The translations under genes were made by a program, and so were the position numbers. The notes below the pieces were generated by a model, which worked only from the letters and a program-made list of their open reading frames with translations, was not told where the DNA came from and searched no databases. A DNA stretch of 64,000 nucleotides, taken from positions 1 through 64,000 of the forward strand of contig JWZX01003278.1 of NCBI GenBank assembly GCA_001275005.1, given 5' to 3'. Shown here piece by piece: positions 10,201 through 18,714 of this stretch (positions are counted from its first letter, which is position 1; each line of letters opens with the position of its first letter). The stretch is from Chrysochromulina tobinii. Taxonomy: Eukaryota.

Positions 10201-11950
10201 GACGGTTCACTGGCGCGTGCACCTCGAGATGGCCGACCTCGCTAAGCGCGAGAAGAGCTTTGGTGAGGCGCGACGGCTCTACCGTCGCGCGACCATCGAG
10301 ATGCCCACCGCCGCGCAGACGTGGCTCGAGTACGCCAAGATGGAGGAGGAGCGCGGCCACTTCGAGCGCTGCCACAAGATCCTCACGGCCGGCCTGCACT
10401 ACTGCCCGTACCACGAGGCGCTCATGCTCAAGGCCATCAAGCACCTCGAGCGCATGGGTAAGCTCGACAAGGCGCGCGCGCTGCTAGGAAAGCTCGCGCC
10501 CGTGCCCATCTCACAATGCTGGCGCACGGTCCTTGAGGGGGCGCTGCTCGAGGCGCGCGCGAGCCAGACGGCGACCGCGCGCCGCATCTTCAAGTTCCTG
10601 CTCCAGCAGGCGCCATGGTATGGCCCCGTATGGCACGAGGCCTGCCGCTTCGAGCAGCGGTGCTCCCACCTGCATGAGGCGCTCCGCATCGCCGAGCTCG
10701 GCCTCAACCAGCTGCCGCGCTACGGCCCTCTGTGGTTCAGCGCGCTGCGGCTCTACGAATCAACCTCAACTCCACAAGAGTTGCTGCGCGCCACGCGCGC
10801 CCTCGTAGACCGGGGTGTCAAGCACATCTCCAAGGACCTCGTATGGAAGCTTTGGTTTGAGTGCGCGCAGCTCGAGGAACGCAACGGGCACTTGCAGCGC
10901 GCGCGTGCCGCGTACGTGCGCTCAGTGGCCAACTGCGCGCCCAACCTGCGCTGGAAGGTGTGGCTCGGCGGCGCGCGCACCGAGCTGACGCATGGGCAGT
11001 TCGAAGCGGCGCACGCACTGCTCGAGCGTGCGCACGCGGAGTCGCCGCCCAAGACGCGCGCGCTCGTGATGCTCGAGCAGTCCCGGCTGCACGAGCTTTG
11101 CGGCAACATCGACACTGCACGTAAGCTGCTCAAGGGCGCGCGCCGCACGAATGGGCAGGAGTGGAAAGTCTTCCTTGAGGCGGTGCAGCTCGAGGTGCGC
11201 TGTCAGGCGCTGCCGCGTGCGTTGCGCGAGGCGCGCAAGGCGCTCGATGTGCACCGTGGCACCGGCCGGCTGTGGGCGGTGCTCATCCAGCTCGAGCACT
11301 CGAACGGCGTCGAGCGCCAGCTCGCTGTCTTCCAGCAGGCGCTGCTCGAGGTGCCGAAAAGTGGAGAGGTCTGGTGCGAGGGCGCGCGCATCTGCCTCAA
11401 CCCGTACTCAAGCTGCTTCAATCTCGCCGCGGCCAAAAACTTCCTTGAGTTCGCCATCGAGTTCACGCCCCAGTACGGCGACTCATTCATCGAGTACCTG
11501 CGGCTGCAGATGCTCACGCGTGCTGCCGAAGCGCAGGTCGAACGACTCTGGCAGCTCTGCATCAACGCCGAGCCCAATTATGGAACGCTCTGGTTCCACT
11601 GCAAGGCCTCGCCGCTGCTCTCGACGCGCCAAGTGCTCGGCGCCGCATCTGATCTCATCGGCAACGAGCTGATGGAGTGGCAGCACGTCTACCAAACAGC
11701 CATGCGGCGGCACGACTCGCCGGCCTTCCGCGCCATCGCGGCCGAGGCCGTCGCGGCCGTACTCCGCTCGACCGAGGCGCTGCCCAAGCTCGAGCTGCCG
11801 CTGCTCGAGGTGAGCGGTGGCGCTCCCTCGGAGCCGGCCGACTTTGTCACTGGCTCCGTTGGCCTCAACCGGATGCAGCGGCGCTGCCCCGAGCTCTCGA
11901 TGGAGGTGCAGAGAAGGCTCATCTACGGCGGCGACATGATCGTCCCCTAG
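7253..11950 (+). CDS. Large protein with a disordered N-terminal half and a C-terminal HAT/TPR array of PRP6-like type
   Basis: 1565-aa ORF. HAT repeats from about 10150 (WLEYAKMEEERG, WKLWFECAQLEERNG, WKVWLGGARTEL, VPKSGEVWCEGAR). CINAEPNYGTLW resembles the PRP6 C-terminal C..AEP.HG..W motif. No PRP6 N-terminal domain is seen, so probably a paralog. Start uncertain. Confidence 0.75.
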   Translation: MAVEAARGGGLAPPSSATGFLDTAELVPPTTAAKWQTWVSLDESWEEGTEEGEDEEICTVLQTAPRDDQAGLRFKDATGLISKHADSTEPIYPRVRLPSDMEAKAVIESSVPKPRAERGRPDSDHARGFEAGRMETGPFAGATASVYNNADGRGTYSSQSSVAATGVGNETRSSNSQETDEEETASAAMPPQQPPLPSPKHRAPSSAATSAAAAAVLPPAAAMAPPPSTFSTPSTSFAASASTNSIWGRAPAAAGGACAHNFSLFGSGLGGGALGGGGLFGAQPGSKPVSPARYGEQLVSGNDAALALELRRIGLSSSPTGQPRSPTMPRPVHTGGPMPSSGPMPANGPMPVRAPNATEDRCAAVSATGSADDRGRAHRRTLSDPPVPVDAPLGVRPPPPLPGVGGWCRAAELDGSAVPTTPPRIGGATMLLPPPPIWSSSHPLAMSHPLSAGRASVGGSRPPSYERGMFEPAQPAPRSPSYERGMFERGSDNRPPSCGATPVPLMRGDTSSPDGRSSYDTSLHSSVRGSLDSALHPMGATGMSGIGGGFGGMSGGMCASVMGGAGMGGSAGMGGGGGLGLGTMHPSHPRVASLGGATPFQQQQPPAHFRDFTPVDFRPVEDSTYLASAAFNPAAPPAPISLPLHSSRAGWAGSPSPTSSSAWGPDLPNSLGAPSPSAVSLQQMQAEMRAQQQIHQQQLQQQQQQFQQQLQLQQQVHHQQLQLQQQRERHEKQLKQQQEAMQPPGSRLPSFDPHGSRPGSYDPHASRPGSYDPHANRPGSYDPHGNRPSSYDAHASRPGSYDPHGNRPGSYDPHANRPGSYDPHANRPGSYDPHGNRPGSFEPHANRPGSYNPHASRPGSYDPHARPPSYERGMGMGGVPNSSGGGGMMGGISGSLGGVGLVGGTGLRVSLDAGQGGSLASSATSLTTGSDASARQSKELMMSPKTRAVYKAFSHRLRSKETQGRGMAHASELARRCLAELPSTVHWRVHLEMADLAKREKSFGEARRLYRRATIEMPTAAQTWLEYAKMEEERGHFERCHKILTAGLHYCPYHEALMLKAIKHLERMGKLDKARALLGKLAPVPISQCWRTVLEGALLEARASQTATARRIFKFLLQQAPWYGPVWHEACRFEQRCSHLHEALRIAELGLNQLPRYGPLWFSALRLYESTSTPQELLRATRALVDRGVKHISKDLVWKLWFECAQLEERNGHLQRARAAYVRSVANCAPNLRWKVWLGGARTELTHGQFEAAHALLERAHAESPPKTRALVMLEQSRLHELCGNIDTARKLLKGARRTNGQEWKVFLEAVQLEVRCQALPRALREARKALDVHRGTGRLWAVLIQLEHSNGVERQLAVFQQALLEVPKSGEVWCEGARICLNPYSSCFNLAAAKNFLEFAIEFTPQYGDSFIEYLRLQMLTRAAEAQVERLWQLCINAEPNYGTLWFHCKASPLLSTRQVLGAASDLIGNELMEWQHVYQTAMRRHDSPAFRAIAAEAVAAVLRSTEALPKLELPLLEVSGGAPSEPADFVTGSVGLNRMQRRCPELSMEVQRRLIYGGDMIVP
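9485..9844 (+). repeat. Coding tandem repeat, 12 x 30 nt, encoding [GA][SN]RPGSYDPH
   Basis: Twelve consecutive decapeptide units read directly from the sequence, with synonymous divergence between units. Confidence 0.95.
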
Positions 11951-11980
11951 CATGATCGTCCCCTAGCATGATCGTCCCCT
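11935..11980 (+). repeat. Triple 16-bp tandem repeat CATGATCGTCCCCTAG spanning the stop codon
   Basis: Exact copies at 11935-11950 and 11951-11966; third copy 11967-11980 is 14 bp. Confidence 0.95.
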
Positions 11981-13209
11981 GGCGTGGAGGCCAGGCCGAC
12001 AAAGAGACACACGCATGGCGATGACAATACGCGTCGACCCGCACCGCGTAGGGGCGCGACGACGCAGGCAGCATGGCGCGCAACGTCGTGCGGGTTGATG
12101 CGTGGGCGTCGAGCAATCGCTACGGCGAATCCACGCGTGGGGCGAGAGATGGGGCGATGTAACACAATCTGTGCAGTGGCCGGTGTTGGCGCCTTCTCCT
12201 GCTACAGTAATCAACGGCGTGAGTCTCCGCATCTGCTTGCGGGTGCGGCGATCGAGAGAGGAGCACGTGGCCGCAGCTACGGCGCTTTCCAAGCTATACA
12301 AGCTACATCATCACTGGGGGAGCGGATCTTCGAAGCGGATCTGCGCGATGTATCTTATTTGAGCCGTTGCCTTGATGATGTCTTGATGTGTGGCCAGAGG
12401 CGCGCTGTCGTGTTGACCGGCGCCCACGGATACAATCTACTGATGACTAAAATATAATTCGAAAATATATACGATCGCGGACCGGGACGGGCGACAAATA
12501 TTTTTCGGAAGACGACGTGACAACGAGTCAGATCCGGTACGAACGACGCGCGCCCGGCACGGCATGTGTGCAGCCTGCAGCCACCGGCCACCGGGCCGGC
12601 CGGCGCGCGGCGGGGCGGGGCGGCCGGGGCTCGCGTCCGCGTGCGCACACCAGAGAGGAGACCAAAGAGGAGACCAGTCACCACCCTCGCCACCGCACGC
12701 GCGACGCGGAGAGTCGCGGACCGGCCGCCCGGCGCGCCTCGCCCGCGAGCGCCCACCGCCCCCTCCACTGACCGCTCCCGCGACCACGCGCGAGACGGCC
12801 CCGGCGGAGCGAAATATGTAATATCCTAAGGATAACCGAACCGCCCCCCTACATACCCCCTACCGAACGGTCCCACCGGCGGAAGTCGAAGTGGAACGAT
12901 CAACGAACGGACAAAAGTAAACAAAGTAAAACACGCGTACCTAACGCGTACCCCGGCCCCCCGCGGCCGGCGCCGCGCTGGCGCGGTTCGATGATTCGGT
13001 CGATCGTTGTATCGGCGTTCCGTCCGGCGCCCGCAGATTAAAAACCAATTCGGAGTCGGATAAACTCACTCAGACCGGATTCACCCGGCCGGTCAGCGGC
13101 GCAGTTCGTTTTTGTACGACGGAACTGACGACGGAACAGTAGTACAGCCGTTGGTATGGGTATTCGTAAGGTTGGGTATACGTCGGTATACGCCGAGATG
13201 CGTCATCGG

Positions 13210-16200
13210 TCATGCCTCCAGGTACAGGCTCCCGGCAAATACAATGTCGCGGCGGATCAGCTTAGCGCCCTCGTTGAATTTGCGGTAGAGCTCCTCGTTG
13301 CCGATGGCCTTCGCGGCCGACTGCATCTCATCGAGCAGCTCGGAGATCCGGCGGATGCACCGGATGATGGAGCCTTCGAAGAGATCACACATGTCGCACA
13401 GCTCTGAGAACTTGGCTCCCTTGGCCCACGCGAAGACTACATTGAGCAGCCCGCCTTCAAACTTGGCCACAAACTCGGCTTCGACCGTTGGGAAGCCCGC
13501 GTCGTTGAGCACTCCGGCGAGCGTGCGCGCGGCTTCTTGCAACGCCATGTAGCCCGGGGCGAGGTCCGCGTGCGGCGGCGTCACGCGCTTCACCTTTTCG
13601 TGGTCGGGCGCGATCAGCGGCGCACAGAGCGCTACGGCCGCAGCGGGTGACAGGTCATTAAAGGTCCCTGCAAGGATGAGCTCGGACGCGAGCAGCTCAT
13701 CGCAAGCCTCGAGCTCCGCGGCCGCGCGTCCCTTGAGTTGCACCACATTCTCGTCGTCCAGGTGCCCAAGCCGTCGGAGCACACTCTTCATCTTGCGCAT
13801 CTGCTCTCCGAAGTCGTCCGTGGCGTGCAGCTCCGCCTCCAGCGCGCACGCGTCCGCACAGCGCAGCACGCCGCGCTTCGTTTCAAGTCGAGCCAGCCGA
13901 GAGCGGAGCGCCGAGGGCGCCGAGGGTGGCGAGGGCGGCGAGTGCGGCTTCTCAGCAGCCTCCGCCGCTGGCAACGCACCGGTACCAGTCACGGTACCGC
14001 TGCTGGCCCTGTCGACTTCAAGCTCGCCCTTCTCAAGCTCGCCCTTCTCCTGGTCATCTCCGATGCTCGCCGCCTGGCCGTTCATGTCGCCGGCCCCAGC
14101 ATCTGCAGCCGCGGCGGCACCGCCCTCATCATCAATCAGAGCGCCGCTCGCATCTAGTTGGAGGTCGCCCTCCACTTCCTCCTCCTCATCCTCCTCACCC
14201 CCACCAAGCGCTCGCCGCAGCGCTCGCTCGCGCGCGCCCGCCGCTTCGATCTCCCGCACGAGCTCCGAGCACTCGGCGCCCAGATGCAGCGTCGGGTGCA
14301 AACATGCATGCTTGGAACGTGAGTGGGAGCCCAGCCGCGATGGGAGACACAGCAGCTGGCGCATGGCCTCGAGGCATACCTCGCGGGCGTGGCTGCTCCG
14401 CAGGTCCACTGGGAGCCACAGCCTCGCCGCCGAGAGCCGCCGCACCATGTCGAAGCGTACCGGTAGCACGTGTGCCTCGGCGCTCGAGTCCGACAGCTTG
14501 GCGGGCTTGGGCACGTCGCCGCTGGCCGCCAAGGCTGCGGCGCCCGGCGCACATGGCAGGAGCACGTCGACGACGAAATCCTGCCGTGAGCTCGCCGCGA
14601 CGAGCTCGTCGGTGATGAGCCGATTGTTCAGGTGACGAAACCCGACGACGACGCCCCAGCCGCGGTCGAGCTCGCAGGGGATGGCGCCCACGACGGCGCC
14701 CACACCACCCTCACGCTCGCAAGCCGCGCCGCCGAGCCCCCCGCCGTCTGCGCCGCCCTCACCGCCATGGCCTTGAGTAGCTGCGCGGGCATCGAGGCGC
14801 TCGTCAAGGCGCTCAACGACGCGCACGAGCCGCCCCGGCTGAAGGAAGCGCAGGGCGTGCTTAGGCTGCAGTGCCACCTCCATGACGCGCTCCTCAAGGG
14901 CCCGACGCGTCTCACGGAGCAAGGCCAGCTGCTCGAGCTGTGCGTCGTCCGGCTGCGTGAGCGCCGCGGCCTCGGCGAGGAGAGCATGCCGTCGTGAGTG
15001 CAGCTCGGGCACCGCGTGCGCGCGCTGGAAAGCCCAAAAGGAGCGGCGCACGAGGACATCGGGCTGGAGCGATTCCATCCCATACAGTCGCAGCAGCGTG
15101 TTATAGCGCAGCCGGAAAGAAGAGGTGAGCTCGAGCGGAGCTCCCCCCATCATCGCGCGTAGCGCCTCGCGCTCCATCTGCTCTGGCAGCATCAACACGA
15201 CCATCCCGCGCGCGTCCAGCCCTCGACGGCCCGCGCGCCCCGACATTTGAATGTACTCGGCCGCGTGCGGCGGACGGAAAGTCTCGCCATCCCACTTGCG
15301 GATTGAGGTGAAGACGACGGTGCGGGCGGGCATATTGACCCCCATAGCAAAGGTCTCGGTCGCGAAGAGCAAGCGCACGAGATTCTCCTGGAAGAGGATC
15401 TCGACGACCTCGCGCAGCACGGGGAGCATGCCGGAATGGTGCACCGCCACGCCGCGCTCGAGGAGCGGCAGCAGCATGCCCACCTGGCGGATGGCCTGGT
15501 CGTCGGACGACAGGGTTGAGATGGCCGCTTCGAAGACAGCGCGTACGGCGTCGCGCTGCTCGTCTGGCAGAGGGTCAATCCGCTGTGCGCTACGCGCCGC
15601 GCCTTCACACTCCTTGCGCGAGAACGCGAAGACGATCGCCGGCGTCAGGTCGCGCGCGACGAGCATGCGTAGTAGCCTGAGCAGCTCGGGCGAGTGTCGG
15701 CTGCCGAGGCGCGCCGCGTGAGCTCGCTGCTCCTCAAGGTCAGTGGTCTCGAATGTCGCGCACACGGCGTCGAAGGCCGCGTCGCGGAAGCGGCCGCTCT
15801 CGTCCACGAGCAGGTGCAGCCCATCCCCACCAACCGGGTACACCCAATGCTGCAATGGCGTGGGCCGGTGCGGCGTGGTCACGAGGTGGCATGGCAACCC
15901 GTGGGTCGCAGCCACCCACGCCGCAAACTCGCGCCCGTTGGGCACGGTCGCTGAGAGGAAGACAAAACGCACAGCGGACGGCAGCAGCACGATGCACTCC
16001 TCCCATATGACGCCACGCTCCTTGTCGCGCATGTAATGCACCTCGTCGAAGATCACCCACTTGATCTCGCGGATGATCTCGCTCCCTCGGTAGAGCATGT
16101 TGCGCAGGATCTCAGTCGTCATCACCAGGCACGAGGCGTCCACGTTGACATTGCAGTCGCCCGTCATCAGCCCGACTTGCTCGTTACCAAACTGCGACGT

Positions 16201-16626
16201 GAGCTCCCGGTACTTTTGATTCGACAGCGCCTTGATCGGCGATGTGTAGACCACCCGCTGGCCCCGCGCGAGCGACATTGCGATGGCGTACTGCGCCACG
16301 ACCGTCTTACCCGCAGAGGTGTGCGCCGCGACCATCACAGAGTCGCCACGCTCGACGGCACCCACCGCAATTTTCTGGAACTCGTCGAGCTGAAATGGAA
16401 ACTGGACTGCATTGAGCTCCGTGGGCAGAGGCAGCCCGGTCCCTGGCGGAGCGCCAGGCGGAAGCACGACCTCGTGGGTGCAGTGGTCTTGCGTGCGCTG
16501 ACACTTCTCTTGCAGCACGGGCTCTTCTCTCGGCCGCTTCTGCGAGCCTACCATGGTGAGCACCCGCGGCGACTCGTCTGCGTCGGCCATCATGCGTCGC
16601 CCCCACAAGCGCTCATCTCCGCTCAT
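13210..16626 (-). CDS. MTR4: MTR4-like Ski2-family DExH RNA helicase (nuclear exosome cofactor)
   Basis: FQLDEFQ, AHTSAGKT (motif I), YTSPIKALSNQKY, IFDEVHYMRD (motif II), FLSAT, GGDGLHLLVDE, FATETFAMGVN, QMSGRAGRRG, arch/KOW insert (GWGVVV), DSHCT end IRRDIVFAGSLYL. ATG at 16626. Confidence 0.92.
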   Translation of the reverse strand: MSGDERLWGRRMMADADESPRVLTMVGSQKRPREEPVLQEKCQRTQDHCTHEVVLPPGAPPGTGLPLPTELNAVQFPFQLDEFQKIAVGAVERGDSVMVAAHTSAGKTVVAQYAIAMSLARGQRVVYTSPIKALSNQKYRELTSQFGNEQVGLMTGDCNVNVDASCLVMTTEILRNMLYRGSEIIREIKWVIFDEVHYMRDKERGVIWEECIVLLPSAVRFVFLSATVPNGREFAAWVAATHGLPCHLVTTPHRPTPLQHWVYPVGGDGLHLLVDESGRFRDAAFDAVCATFETTDLEEQRAHAARLGSRHSPELLRLLRMLVARDLTPAIVFAFSRKECEGAARSAQRIDPLPDEQRDAVRAVFEAAISTLSSDDQAIRQVGMLLPLLERGVAVHHSGMLPVLREVVEILFQENLVRLLFATETFAMGVNMPARTVVFTSIRKWDGETFRPPHAAEYIQMSGRAGRRGLDARGMVVLMLPEQMEREALRAMMGGAPLELTSSFRLRYNTLLRLYGMESLQPDVLVRRSFWAFQRAHAVPELHSRRHALLAEAAALTQPDDAQLEQLALLRETRRALEERVMEVALQPKHALRFLQPGRLVRVVERLDERLDARAATQGHGGEGGADGGGLGGAACEREGGVGAVVGAIPCELDRGWGVVVGFRHLNNRLITDELVAASSRQDFVVDVLLPCAPGAAALAASGDVPKPAKLSDSSAEAHVLPVRFDMVRRLSAARLWLPVDLRSSHAREVCLEAMRQLLCLPSRLGSHSRSKHACLHPTLHLGAECSELVREIEAAGARERALRRALGGGEEDEEEEVEGDLQLDASGALIDDEGGAAAAADAGAGDMNGQAASIGDDQEKGELEKGELEVDRASSGTVTGTGALPAAEAAEKPHSPPSPPSAPSALRSRLARLETKRGVLRCADACALEAELHATDDFGEQMRKMKSVLRRLGHLDDENVVQLKGRAAAELEACDELLASELILAGTFNDLSPAAAVALCAPLIAPDHEKVKRVTPPHADLAPGYMALQEAARTLAGVLNDAGFPTVEAEFVAKFEGGLLNVVFAWAKGAKFSELCDMCDLFEGSIIRCIRRISELLDEMQSAAKAIGNEELYRKFNEGAKLIRRDIVFAGSLYLEA

Positions 16627-17653
16627 CAATTCGCTGAAAAGGTGATCCTACGTGCAAGCATGTTCCTGTAGGAATGGCTTCGTGACTGCCCCTTCATATT
16701 AATTAAAGGCCCACGTTGCGCCCTCATTCCGCAAGCCACGTCCGGGCCTGGACGAATCATGGCCTTTGTGCGCGTCGCTGTCGGGCTCCCTGGCGGCTTC
16801 AGTCGCGCGCGGATCGGCCCGTTTGGGCTTTAAGGCGACGCCCGTGGTCGATGCCGATTAAGGCGAGAGCGAATCAAGAAGCCGGCGACGCCGAGGCCGG
16901 TGCTGCGGCCTCTGGGAACAGCACAAGGGCAACGGTGTCGCACTCGAAGGCATCTGCGCGGCGTGCCGCGCACGGAGCATCCGCCGCAGCCAGCTGGTGG
17001 GCCGAGGCGCCGCATTATCGGGGCAGTGGGCTCAACGCGTCGGCGATCAGCTCGTCACAGAACCGGATGTGGCTGCAGCCCCGCCCGCAGCGCACGACGC
17101 GCAGGACAGCAGATGGCTCCAGGACAGCGCAGATAGCGTCGCATGGGCGGCTCACGGCATGCCGGAGTCGCTTCATGAGATATCCCGACCGGGCTGATGA
17201 TCGGAGAGCATCACTCTTCTTGCGTAGGGGAGGATGACGGCGAGGGGATTATGGCGGAGCGGCGGTGGATAGCGGTGGAGACGGACGGCGGCGGCGAACC
17301 TGTGTCAGCACCGACGCGCCGATGGCGCACGCCCCGCTCGGGGAACGCAAAGGTGTGCGCTCAACACCGTCGCTTGACGACGGTGTCGAGCGACAGGTTG
17401 CTCATAGCTATCACCCTCTCACGTTGCGGATTTGTGCTTTCCCCTGGGAGCTGGAACGTCTCCATACCTCCCCCTTGGATACTTCAATGACTTTCCAGGG
17501 CCCCCCTTTACAAGTGTGGTTGCCACCGAGGAGGTCTCGACCAAAGTCACGCGGTCGCCCGCCATCCCGACTATCGTCCCGACTGTCAAGACGCCTCGTA
17601 TCAACGCTTACGCAGTTAACACTGGTCTGCTCGCGATGCGGCTTCATGTCGCC

Positions 17654-18064
17654 TCATGGCCACTGTCTGTGGGCTCGTGACTGCCTCTGGCGGCACGACC
17701 AAGTTGCATTCTTCTGCTCACGCGCCAGCGTCGCCTCAAACTCCACCAAGTTTTGGTAGCGCTCGGGTGGCAGTTCAGTTCAGTTCAGTTCAGTTCAGGG
17801 TGGCATGATCTTTTCCAGCCCAAACGCCTGGAGCAGCATCCGCTCGAGCGATTGGTACTGCACGTGCTGCTCGATGCCCGTGTGCGACGAGATCGCGTAC
17901 CGCAACATGCTTGGAAGAAGGTCGAGGCGCAGCGACAGCTCTTTGACGCCGTGGTCGCTGTCGCTGAAAGGCACTTCAGCTGCGGCTGCTAATGCGGCTG
18001 CGGCGAGGCCGTCGATGACGCGCTGGTACTCGGCGGCTTTGGAGGCAACCTCCGAGCGCCGCAT
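17654..18064 (-). pseudogene. Probable disrupted ORF of unknown function
   Basis: The reading frame ...GLEKIMPP is interrupted by a 33-bp in-frame insertion carrying two TGA codons and resumes as ERYQNLVEFEATLAREQK. Flanking sequence looks like decayed coding DNA. Confidence 0.5.
17765..17805. repeat. (GTTCA)5 microsatellite flanked by 8-bp direct repeats GGGTGGCA
   Basis: GGGTGGCA 17765-17772, (GTTCA)5 17773-17797, GGGTGGCA 17798-17805. Confidence 0.95.
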
Positions 18065-18299
18065 GACGCCGCTCGACGACGACCCGAAGGATAGATCTGT
18101 GGGTGTGCGAGAGCTTCAGCATTTTTCGCCGAAACTGATTAGAAGACAGACTCGGCAACTTTGCCGGAGCTAAAATAGATTCCGGCTCCCCTCGGTGTCT
18201 TTTTACCGAAAACATCTTGGCCGTAAATCACAACGAGGAGCTCGAGTTACTTTTTCTTGTGTAATTTTTAGTATTTTTAGTTCATAGACTTATTCTATT

Positions 18300-18427
18300 G
18301 GGTTTTGGGTTTCGGGTTCTAGCAGGAATGGGTTTCATGTTGGGTTTCGGGTTTCAGGCTTGGCTCCTGGGTCTGAAACCCATGGGTTTCGGGTTTCGCC
18401 CACCCCCTGTGAAACCCTTGCAGGGGG
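18300..18427. repeat. Cluster of GGGTTTC/GAAACCC motifs with a palindrome and a terminal hairpin
   Basis: About 8 direct and 2 inverted copies; perfect palindrome GAAACCCATGGGTTTC at 18375-18390; stem CCCCCTG/CAGGGGG at 18403-18427. Confidence 0.85.
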
Positions 18428-18714
18428 CTAAGAGCAGGAGCAACAAACGGTCCGCTCGAGGCTCGAAAAAACCATACGTTCGCGCCGAGTAAGAGGGCCA
18501 TCGATCTCGCCCTTGCGCCCTTGCGATCTCATTGCATATCACTGTCTTCTGAGGTCCACACGAAGGTCTCTCATCGTCTCAAGCGTGAACATCGAGAATA
18601 GGGGATCTACGAGCACGAGTATTCCCATCGGTGGCTTCGGCCTCGTGCTCGTTGCGCTGGTCGTGACGCTGCTCTCGGCGCGGCCTGTCGCGTGCGCCCC
18701 CAGCTGCGCGACCA

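Noticed and set aside
7253..11950. Calling the HAT protein PRPF6, NRDE2 or ZFC3H1
   Set aside because: It lacks the family-defining N-terminal domains; only generic HAT similarity and a PRP6-like C-terminal motif are visible.
12372..12443. Possible box C/D snoRNA (TTGATGA...CTGA)
   Set aside because: Imperfect box C, no convincing terminal stem, and no rRNA guide that I can recognise.
11984..12457. Small ORFs downstream of the HAT gene
   Set aside because: No recognisable motif or codon bias; several frames are equally plausible.
17654..17797. In-frame TGA codons as selenocysteine or readthrough
   Set aside because: Two of the TGAs come from the inserted microsatellite; there is no redox motif context and no SECIS is evident.
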